Shown here one piece after another: positions 40,027-48,040 of a stretch of 64,000 nucleotides of DNA (within the stretch, counting starts at the first letter, position 1; each line of letters starts with the position of its first letter). Under the pieces are notes generated by a model, which was not told the origin of the DNA, ran no database searches, and saw only the letters and a list, made by a program, of their open reading frames with translations. The DNA lies in IMG/VR virus record IMGVR_UViG_3300026159_000398, one strand, 5' to 3'. The position numbers and the translations under genes are program-made. This DNA is from a virus (taxonomy: Duplodnaviria > Caudoviricetes).

Positions 40027-40106
40027 TAGCCCACCCCAGATTCGAACTGGGACGCCGAAGCACAGGGTCTAGACCTGCTAGATAGACCAGATTCTCTTAG
40101 TGGGCC
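40027..40106 (-). tRNA. tRNA-Leu(UAG), C33
   Basis: Variable arm, loop UC-UAG-AC. Confidence 0.85.
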
Positions 40107-40114
40107 GTAAAAAT

Positions 40115-40195
40115 TCGGGATACTCGGATTCGAACCGAGACGCAATTAAGCACTGGGTTTAAGCCAGCTGGATAGACCTATTCTCCTATACCCCG
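40115..40195 (-). tRNA. tRNA-Leu(UAA)
   Basis: Variable arm, loop CU-UAA-AC. Confidence 0.9.
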
Positions 40196-40199
40196 TAAT

Positions 40200-40275
40200 T
40201 CGTGATGAAGAGATTTGAACTCTTACTGAATACGCTCTCAACGTATTTCCTCTACCAAAATTGGGATACATCACG
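40200..40275 (-). tRNA. tRNA-Leu(GAG), short variable loop
   Basis: Loop UU-GAG-AG, ~5-nt variable region. Confidence 0.8.
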
Positions 40276-40358
40276 TTAATGCGACGCACTTTTGTTACTG
40301 TGATCAGCAGTTTTTTGTTTGTGCGCCTTATCGCTTTTACCGTGCGACAATTGCAATG

Positions 40359-40430
40359 TGGGTTGTCAAGGATTTGAACCTTGCCCTGCGATTTTACAGA
40401 CCGGCGTGCCACCAGCAACACTTACAACCC
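40359..40430 (-). tRNA. tRNA-Tyr(GUA), short variable loop
   Basis: Loop CU-GUA-AA, ~4-nt variable region. Confidence 0.8.
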
Positions 40431-40435
40431 AAATG

Positions 40436-40506
40436 AGCATTCGACCAGAATTGAACTGGCATCTCAGCGTTGGCAACACCGAATTCTACCATTAAACTAC
40501 GAATGC
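40436..40506 (-). tRNA. tRNA-Gly(GCC)
   Basis: Loop UU-GCC-AA, U73. Confidence 0.9.
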
Positions 40507-40510
40507 AAAA

Positions 40511-40634
40511 CGTACTGGCGATAGGAATCGAACCTATACCGTCATCTTTTAAGGGTGATAATCAATCTCTGTCCGTACCAGTTTGGTCTAATGTGTAGAA
40601 ATTGAGTTTTACGCTTTACCAAAAGCGCCAGTAC
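40511..40634 (-). ncRNA. tRNA-mimicking Y RNA (YrlA-like, ends in acceptor stem)
   Basis: GUACUGG/CCAGUAC acceptor, D-like arm, AUAGG-UUCGAUU-CCUAU T-arm; anticodon arm replaced by UAGACCA-AAC-UGGUACGG..GAUUAUC Ro-type helix. Confidence 0.78.
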
Positions 40635-40638
40635 TATG

Positions 40639-40710
40639 AGCGGGAAAAGGGATTCGAACCCTCAACGATCAGTTTGGAAAACTGAGCTTCTACCATTGAA
40701 TTATTCCCGC
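40639..40710 (-). tRNA. tRNA-Gly(UCC)
   Basis: Loop UU-UCC-AA, U73. Confidence 0.92.
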
Positions 40711-40715
40711 ATAAT

Positions 40716-40744
40716 AAAAATGCCCCTCTTTGTGGGAGGGGCAT
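40716..40744 (-). terminator. Attenuator terminator ahead of the tRNA array
   Basis: AUGCCCCUC-CCACAAA-GAGGGGCAU-UUUU. Confidence 0.85.
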
Positions 40745-40779
40745 CATTCCGATTTTAAAATTTAACACCAATTAAAACA

Positions 40780-40872
40780 TCACGGATGACATGCCCCAAC
40801 CTGTCCTGGGAGAATCTGACCTTCCAGACTTGAGGGTTGATAAAAACGTTTATGTAAGGAACATATCATCAT
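40780..40872 (-). CDS. Putative 30-aa leader peptide MMICSLHKRFYQPSSLEGQILPGQVGACHP
   Basis: Between promoter (40888-40897) and terminator; AGGU SD; 3' end is the antiterminator strand. Confidence 0.7.
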   Translation of the reverse strand: MMICSLHKRFYQPSSLEGQILPGQVGACHP

Positions 40873-40926
40873 TTTGAATTACCTATAGAATTATATTATT
40901 GCACTTTGAAATTTATTTATAAAAAT

Positions 40927-41202
40927 TTACGCTACTTCTAAAAATTGTGCGTCCTCTCTGTCTTTTTGTTTTAACTCGGCATTTGAAAGAGGACGCTTAC
41001 CAAATGCTCTTGTTTTACATGATTCACATCCACAAGATAATGGGTGGTGTTTTTTGTAATGACCTTTAAAATCTGCAAGAAACTTTTCGCCGTTAAGCGT
41101 GTTAAATTTTTCTGGCATCTTGATTTCGTCTTTCATTACATGATAACGTTTTTCGGTGATGCGTTTATTCTGGTGTCTTTTGTACGCTATTCCACGTCCC
41201 AT
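40927..41202 (-). CDS. Basic small protein with CxCxxC
   Basis: GAGG SD; SCGCESCK. Confidence 0.65.
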   Translation of the reverse strand: MGRGIAYKRHQNKRITEKRYHVMKDEIKMPEKFNTLNGEKFLADFKGHYKKHHPLSCGCESCKTRAFGKRPLSNAELKQKDREDAQFLEVA

Positions 41203-41405
41203 AAGACCTCACAAATAATTTTTGTAAAAGCTAATATAGCCTAAAGTCACTCCCCAATAATATCCAGTATTTTGTTGCTCAACTTCATCAACACATCTAA
41301 TGAATCTGAATTGAGGTAAATAGAGAATATTTGGTTTTTCAAAAATTTGTTCTATTTCAATGGTATATCGTTTTTTAAAAATATCTTTTGAATACATACT
41401 CATTC

Positions 41406-41645
41406 CTATTTTTTATTCAAGACTCTATACCACGAAAGTCTTCCATTTGAACCACAACTATGATAAATTACAGTGTCTTTGCAAACAATATAATAATGAT
41501 TGTATTCACCTTTAATGTCCAAGCCCCATATTTCGCATTCAGGAAACATAGTCTTTAGTATTTTGACATTTTTATCCCATTGTGGTTTGTCATTACCGCA
41601 AGCCAAAAACATCAGAAACACAAGACATAAAAATATTTTTTTCAT
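41406..41645 (-). CDS. Putative lipoprotein
   Basis: MKKIFLCLVFLMFLAC. Confidence 0.6.
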   Translation of the reverse strand: MKKIFLCLVFLMFLACGNDKPQWDKNVKILKTMFPECEIWGLDIKGEYNHYYIVCKDTVIYHSCGSNGRLSWYRVLNKK

Positions 41646-41814
41646 TTTTCACTCCTTCCATCATTTGCTCTCAATAATTCAAGCTCCTCAAGAAGAGGTT
41701 TAATGTCTTGAAATTTTACCAGAGTATTGTCGTCATCTGGTTTTGCCTTAAATAAAGCTACATCAGGATTCCAATAATATTGGGGCACTTGTATCATCAC
41801 TCACTCCTTTAATG

Positions 41815-41888
41815 TCGGGGCGAAAGGATTTGAACCTTCGACCACATGTTCCCAAAACACGTGCGCTACCAGACTGCGCTACGCCCCG
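41815..41888 (-). tRNA. tRNA-Pro(UGG)
   Basis: CGGGGCG acceptor, loop UU-UGG-GA. Confidence 0.92.
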
Positions 41889-42813
41889 AAAATGACCAAT
41901 GCAATTAAAGCCAATGCTGCTAAGATATACAAAAATAAAATGAATTTTATTTCCATTTCTTTTCGTGCAATTCGACACTCCAACCACTCTGCTATCTGAT
42001 GAAACGCCGATTCTTCTGGCTCTTCATGAATTGGTATTCTTGCTACTTTTTTAGTAGGCACTTTAGTTAGAGCTACCTTTAAAAAGTATTCCGCAAAGCC
42101 AACTGAGAAGAACCGCATGCCACCATCCGATTTCGCCGATGATGAATCCTTTAACTACTATGCCAGGAAGAACAAAAGGCACTACATACGGCCATATCAG
42201 CCATACAAGCGTTCCAGCAAAAACCGCTACAATGAAAAGAAGCACTAATGCTACAACGGCCGCTCCTACACCAGCAATAAGCTTGGCAATAAAATCACTC
42301 ATTCGCATACTCCTTAAATTTATTTACAACTCTTAAAGCATTCAAGTTGTTGTTGCTGTATTTCAATAGTCGAATTCTTTACTGAATTATTGCAAAATTG
42401 GACAATATTAGCCAGTAATAGCACACTCACAACAACCAATAAAATTCGTTTCATTTTATATTTCCTTTTCAAAAAGTTGCTTTAGAATTGGACTTTGCCA
42501 ACCAAAAAGTTTCACATGACGATTGATACAATAAAGAGTTACTTTTTTCCAACCTTCAAGTTCATTGTCTTCAAGATCATGCCACATAAGAAGTGGTCGT
42601 AAGACTTGAACGAGCGTAAATGTCCGTTTGCCGTAATATGAGTCTTCAGTTTTCTGTGTGATTTTGGTTACTTTTCCAAAATTCATCCACAATGAACTTC
42701 CAGTACGGCCAGGATATGTGATGACATCTCCGACTTTTACGTCATTGCCACAACAATCTTTATAACTTTCGAGTTGAACAATAATGTCCTCTTTCATACT
42801 CACTCCTTTAATG

Positions 42814-42885
42814 TAGAGTCGGAGAGACTTGAACTCTCATCCTACTGCTTGTAGGGCAGCCGCTCCGCCATTGAGCTACGACTCT
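42814..42885 (-). tRNA. tRNA-Val(UAC), C33
   Basis: Loop CC-UAC-AA. Confidence 0.88.
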
Positions 42886-42919
42886 GTGTGGCCGTTAGTT
42901 GACGGCCAGTTTACAATAA

Positions 42920-43225
42920 TTATTTTACGAGTTTTTTTCTCTGCTTGTCAGTCAGAACTTTATCCATTGCTTTAACTTGTTTTTCAAGATCAGCAATTTC
43001 GACTTTCAAACCTTTCATTGCAGCTTGTTTTTCTTCAAGCTGAACTTTGACGCTTTCTGTTTTCTTCATTTGAATTTTGCATCCAGTGACTCCACCGAAT
43101 GTCATGCCAGCGAAAAATATCAGAGCAGCGAGAGCGCCGTAAATGACAACCTTACCAATCTTCGTTGCTTTGAAAGCTACGAATTTGGCTTTTGCGGCCG
43201 CAAAAAATGCTTTAACTTTTTCCAT
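42920..43225 (-). CDS. Membrane-anchored coiled-coil protein
   Basis: One TM helix then coiled coil; AGGAG SD. Confidence 0.65.
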   Translation of the reverse strand: MEKVKAFFAAAKAKFVAFKATKIGKVVIYGALAALIFFAGMTFGGVTGCKIQMKKTESVKVQLEEKQAAMKGLKVEIADLEKQVKAMDKVLTDKQRKKLVK

Positions 43226-43251
43226 TGTTCACTCCTTGTTTTTTTAAACTG

Positions 43252-43326
43252 CGGGGCATACGGGACTCGAACCCGTGATGATTCCTCCGTGACAGGGAGG
43301 TGGCATTGCCGCTAGCCCAATACCCC
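43252..43326 (-). tRNA. tRNA-Asp(GUC)
   Basis: Loop CU-GUC-AC, G73. Confidence 0.9.
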
Positions 43327-43989
43327 AAATTGTTCGTAATATCGAATAGTATTTTCGAACCAAACTTCTAATTTATATCCTAAACTTTTTACAGCATTCC
43401 ATTTTAAAATATCATTGTCTTTTTCGTATCCTTTAACTTCAATGTAATAAAAAGTATCATCGTGATTTATTACTTTAAAATCTAAAAGATATGAGTGGTC
43501 TTTTTTGTCTTTTCCAATATATGTGAATCTGTCTTTGGTATATTCCCAGTCTTTAATTAAATTATTATTTTTCCAATAATCAAGAATTTTACAAGTTCTT
43601 AATTCATAAGTTCCTTGAACTTTAATACCGTTGTAGTCATACCATTTGGTAGTTCCGCCTGCTACAAAATTATTTCCATCTTTATAAGCTTTTTTGTTGA
43701 TTGTGCTCCAATTTGGAGGTTGAATTTTTTGTTTTAAAATAGCTAATTTGATATTGACTTTTCTTGCGCATTCTTTTGAACAGTATTTTTGGTTTTTGGT
43801 TTTTGGAATAAAAGATTTTCCACAAACACAAATTTTTGGCTCTCTAATAATTTTTAATTTTTTGCTGACTTTTCTATTGATTTGTTCTCTGTTTTCTTTT
43901 GTACTAAATCCTCTAGCACATTTTGAAGAACAAAATCTTCCAGAGCCGTATGAACCATTATGTTCATTGCCACAATTTTCACATTTCAT
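43312..43989 (-). CDS. Zn-finger + PD-(D/E)xK homing endonuclease
   Basis: CENCG..FCSSKC repeats; YLLDF..YIEVKG. Confidence 0.8.
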   Translation of the reverse strand: MKCENCGNEHNGSYGSGRFCSSKCARGFSTKENREQINRKVSKKLKIIREPKICVCGKSFIPKTKNQKYCSKECARKVNIKLAILKQKIQPPNWSTINKKAYKDGNNFVAGGTTKWYDYNGIKVQGTYELRTCKILDYWKNNNLIKDWEYTKDRFTYIGKDKKDHSYLLDFKVINHDDTFYYIEVKGYEKDNDILKWNAVKSLGYKLEVWFENTIRYYEQFGVLG

Positions 43990-44030
43990 ATTCGAACCTC
44001 TATATTTAATTATATTACAAGAGTTCGAAT
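43990..44030 (-). promoter_or_regulatory. SD-sequestering hairpin with embedded promoter
   Basis: AUUCGAACUCU..AAUAUAAUU..AGAGGUUCGAAU-AUG. Confidence 0.75.
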
Positions 44031-44049
44031 AAAATTATTAAAATAAATG

Positions 44050-44123
44050 CGGGGAAGGTGAGAGTCGAACTCACAACCCAACGGTTAACGGCCGTTTGCT
44101 CTAGCCATTAGAGCTACATCCCC
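44050..44123 (-). tRNA. tRNA-Asn(GUU), C33
   Basis: Loop CC-GUU-AA, G73. Confidence 0.88.
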
Positions 44124-44280
44124 GAAGTCTCCGTTTAATTCGCCAAACGGATAAAATGCGATGAGCAGCCATTTTGATTAGTAAGGAGTTGGACTTATGT
44201 GCACACATTACCAACCCAGTCTAATCAAGTCCCTTTGCAGAACGGGCTTGGACTAGTATGTCACCGTTCTTTTACTCATG

Positions 44281-44353
44281 TGGAGCCGGGGAGATTCGAA
44301 CTCCCGACCTAGTGCTTGCAGGGCACCCGCTCTCCCAACTGAGCTACGACCCC
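44281..44353 (-). tRNA. tRNA-Ala(UGC), C33
   Basis: G3:U70, loop CC-UGC-AA. Confidence 0.9.
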
Positions 44354-44543
44354 AAATACCAGAAGTGTGGGCTAAACACACTTCTGAACAATAAAGAATT
44401 TTCCGGTTTCTCTATTGGATTGGATTTTATTTAACAGTAAAAACCCTTGTCTAAAAACTGCGGCATCCTACTCGGTACCGACGAGTTCCTTCGCTATAAC
44501 CCTCCAAGGACTGAGGGACCGAGAACTTAGCCCGTTCTCAAAT

Positions 44544-44614
44544 TGGCGGGAATGGGAGTCGAACCCATCTGGCGAGGTTATGAGCCTCGAAACTCGCCGC
44601 TAGTCTATCCCGCT
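44544..44614 (-). tRNA. Initiator-type tRNA-Met(CAU)
   Basis: A1xC72 mismatch, loop CU-CAU-AA. Confidence 0.82.
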
Positions 44615-45486
44615 ATGTAGTTGCTGCCATTTCATGTTCAAGAAGAATTTTCTTCTTTTCGAAATACCAGTCAATTAACTTCTTTAAAAAATATATCAAC
44701 ACCGTTGAAACTGCGGCCAATGCAATATCCAAAACCACATTTCCAACTTCAAACGACAAACCTTCTTTTGTAACTTTGACAGTTGTCTTAACTTGCTTCG
44801 TTACTTTTTTCGCAGGTATGACAACTTTCTTTTCAACTAATTCTTCTTTATAAGAAGGAACTTCTCTTTCTTCATAACTATCAGAATGATAATCAGGTCT
44901 TGCAGCATAAGAATAAGTGTCTAATTTTTTTCTTTTTGCCGCCAGGTCTTGCATGAAAACTTTCTGCTTCGTATGGAACAATTTTACGTTCTAAAACCGT
45001 TACTTGTTTGGCTGGAATTATTTCTTCCTTTTTGACCATTACGGTTTTATCAACTAATGGCTTGAATAATTTATCATGATTGAGAAATATGATAGTTGAC
45101 GTCAAGCCAATTACAATTGCTATTGAAATGACTAAAGTTAGTTTGTGCTTTTGGTTTATGTTCATTGCAATTTTTGCATGGTTGCCATATCCGTCAGCGC
45201 AAATTCTTTCTTCAGTCCGAAAGCTCCATTAGACTTTTTTTCGTACCACATATACAGTACGTTTTTGACTTTGGCTTCGACTCTGTTTCCACCACTTTTC
45301 TTTGCTTCTGTTGGATTTTTTCCCATGCTTTCTCTTCCTGTTTTTCTTTAATTCCTAACGCAAACACACTCGGAAGAAGCAATAATCCAACTAATGCAAC
45401 AAAGCCAAAAATCAACATGAACAAATTTTTAGCAAATGATTCATTACTTCCTGGTCCTACCATCATTCACTCTCTTTTCTTTTATG

Positions 45487-45560
45487 AGCCAGGAAGAGGA
45501 ATCGAACCTCCGACATCCTCATTACAAGTGAGGCGCTCTAGCCGTCTGAGCTACCCTGGC
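45487..45560 (-). tRNA. tRNA-Thr(UGU)
   Basis: Loop CU-UGU-AA. Confidence 0.92.
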
Positions 45561-45561
45561 A

Positions 45562-45990
45562 TTATTGATACTTATACTTTTTACGATACTCTCGCTTACT
45601 CTTTTTATTTTTTGATTTATATGTTGGCAATTGACTATCACAATTACTGCATATCAATCTCAAATTACTAAATTTCCAATTTAAAGAATTACCATCAATA
45701 TGATCAAGAATTTTGACTAACGGTTTACCTTGCCAATTTTCTAGACCACAAATTTCACATTTATCTCCACGCTTTTCAGTTAAATAATCTTTGAGAACTT
45801 TTACATTAGTATATGGACCATTCTTTCCAGCTATACTCGGTGCTGTTTGATGTTTCTCATAATAAGCAACAAGTTCTTCACACATTTGTTTGTGTTGAAA
45901 AGCCTTTTGGCATTTATTATCACAATACGTTCCTGTACTTCTGCCATTGGCTCGTATTATTTTTTTGCCACAATTCTTACATACGTTCAT
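45562..45990 (-). CDS. HNH homing endonuclease
   Basis: CEICG..LDHIDGN..N...NLRLICSNCD; start reassigned to ATG at 45990. Confidence 0.88.
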   Translation of the reverse strand: MNVCKNCGKKIIRANGRSTGTYCDNKCQKAFQHKQMCEELVAYYEKHQTAPSIAGKNGPYTNVKVLKDYLTEKRGDKCEICGLENWQGKPLVKILDHIDGNSLNWKFSNLRLICSNCDSQLPTYKSKNKKSKREYRKKYKYQ

Positions 45991-46027
45991 GGTAGACCTC
46001 ATTATTAAATTATATTAAGGTCTACCA
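45990..46027 (-). promoter_or_regulatory. SD/start-sequestering hairpin with embedded promoter
   Basis: UGGUAGACCU-UAAUAUAAUUUAAUAAUG-AGGUCUACCA(UG). Confidence 0.78.
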
Positions 46028-46267
46028 AGAAAAAATATCGCTTTTTTCTACATCAACGCAATTCCGATCATCGACAGAATTATTACTATGAGGCCAATAA
46101 TCGAAATGAATTTAATATTCATATCCTCCCAGTTCTTAAGAGCACTGACGAGAAACTTTACGGCACCTAATGCTAACAAAGCTTCGATTATTAGAGTGGC
46201 TATCATTGTAATTTCGTTGTCCTTTTAATAATTATATTACGCGACGATCAAAAAAGTTTATTTTTTT

Positions 46268-46828
46268 TCACTTATCCAGCTTAAATTCGCGCTTTACCGT
46301 GCCAACAGGAACATAAAAGAAGCGCTTGACTTCATGGGCGCCCGGATTACATATAACTTTGTAACCAAAGATTTTTGTATCATAGTACTCTTGAACACGA
46401 AGCAAATAAGGCTTTGCAATTTCTTGCCTCGATTTTTCTACTATTGACACATTCTCATTGAAGTCTGCCTCATACCTCTTAAGTGCATAATCATTTATCA
46501 TATCATCATGGTACTTAATATAGTACGCTATGATAGTTTTGGTGCCGCTTTCACCACTGCCTGTTCCAAGAAAAAGATAGAATTGTCCGAATGTCGTATC
46601 TTTGTCTCGAAGCACTTCAAGCGGAAAATATTTCTTTTCATACTTGAGATTTTTATCTCGATGAAGATCAGCACAGGCTCCAATGCAACCACCAATAAAA
46701 ATCAAAGATGAACATATTATTGCCGTGCCAGTTTTATCAAAATCGAAATAATCATGCACAACCAATCCTACTACAACTAAAACAACTACTATGCCAGCTA
46801 CGATAAATCCTAAAAGTGCTATTTCCAT
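46268..46828 (-). CDS. Membrane protein
   Basis: Two N-terminal TM helices; GQFYLFLGTGSG. Confidence 0.65.
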   Translation of the reverse strand: MEIALLGFIVAGIVVVLVVVGLVVHDYFDFDKTGTAIICSSLIFIGGCIGACADLHRDKNLKYEKKYFPLEVLRDKDTTFGQFYLFLGTGSGESGTKTIIAYYIKYHDDMINDYALKRYEADFNENVSIVEKSRQEIAKPYLLRVQEYYDTKIFGYKVICNPGAHEVKRFFYVPVGTVKREFKLDK

Positions 46829-47729
46829 TGTCTTCTCCTATGCCCAAGATATAAGCAAATATTGTTTTCCGTGCAGTGACGCAGAAACCTGATAATTCAT
46901 TCGCTGAAGTTCGTGTTGGATTTGTCCTTTTCTCAATCCAGACCCTAACGATTCAATATCAAATTCAATTTCATATTCTCCTCGTTCTGCGGCTTTTCCA
47001 ATTTCTTTAAATATTGCATAAAGCTGCTTGCGGTTTACGTCTGTTGCAATTTCATTCGCTTTCCCTGGAGTTATGTATTCTGTTTTAGCTACTGGCATTA
47101 TTTCTTCTCCAATTTTTCAGAAAAATTATGCGACGAAATTTCCATCTGCTTTAAATCACATTTTATTTGGTGGTCCGAACAAGCCGACAAATAACCCACT
47201 TTGAAAGAATCAGTCGAGAGTTCAGTAACCGCTCTCCGAATTTCTTTTATGTCTTTTCGTGCATTGATGGGTATTGTAGCAAATAAACCTATTAAAGCCA
47301 AACCTAAACCGACACCTAAAAGAATTTCAACTACTTTTGTCATTGTTCCTCCTAATATTCACGCGGTATTTCGGAACGTCTGCAACGTTGTTCTTCTTCA
47401 CCAGGAAATTTCTTAGTGTAATAAAACGGACACTCACTTCCTTGGCATGGCACAAATGCTTCAACAGTACTTTCTGGAACTTGTGTAAAAGGTATAGTTC
47501 CATTGTTGACATAATGTGCTTTAGTGATTATTGTCTGTTTCAGCCATGGACACAGCATCTTTATTTCCTCCGTTTACTGCCGCTTTCATTATTTCAACAG
47601 CAAAACCCATTAAAGCGACAGTTAGTGTTTGAGCAGACACTCGCATTGCAAGCGGAAATTCTTCATCTTCTTGAACCGCATCACAAAATTGAATCATCTG
47701 TTTTATTTCTTCTAAAATTTTTATTTGCA

Positions 47730-47945
47730 TTAGAATATCTCGTTATACGTCATGATTGAAATACCAAGCTTTCTGGCATTTTGAAGCTTTACAGAATCGC
47801 CACTTTTGTCTTCGCAAAGCAGAATATCAGTTTGCGAATTGACGTAATTGACGACTTGATAGCCCATGTCCTCAAGCTCTTTTGTCAGTTCTACTCGAGA
47901 CTTATGACCAGTTCCTGTCATGCACACTCGTTTTTTCATATTCAC
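47730..47945 (-). CDS. Stand-alone BRCT domain protein
   Basis: VCMTG..R.EL...LE..G....V...TD.LL....S.K...A.KLGI.IM pattern of the LigA BRCT. Confidence 0.8.
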   Translation of the reverse strand: MNMKKRVCMTGTGHKSRVELTKELEDMGYQVVNYVNSQTDILLCEDKSGDSVKLQNARKLGISIMTYNEIF

Positions 47946-48040
47946 CTCTTAGTCCATTCCTATGCCGAGCAATACGAGAATAATTCCAAGCATATTGCCA
48001 CTAGCAATAAGAAGTATTCCACCAACTATAAGTAGTGCTT

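Noticed and set aside
40027-40106. Amber suppressor tRNA(CUA) and TAG recoding
   Set aside because: Stem register puts UAG, not CUA, at 34-36, and conserved genes are intact in the standard code
39603-40421. ORF-track calls 39603-39860, 39698-39976, 40146-40421 (also 31195-31410, 36825-37121, 22209-22709)
   Set aside because: They overlie tRNA or tmRNA genes and lack SD or protein motifs; shadow ORFs
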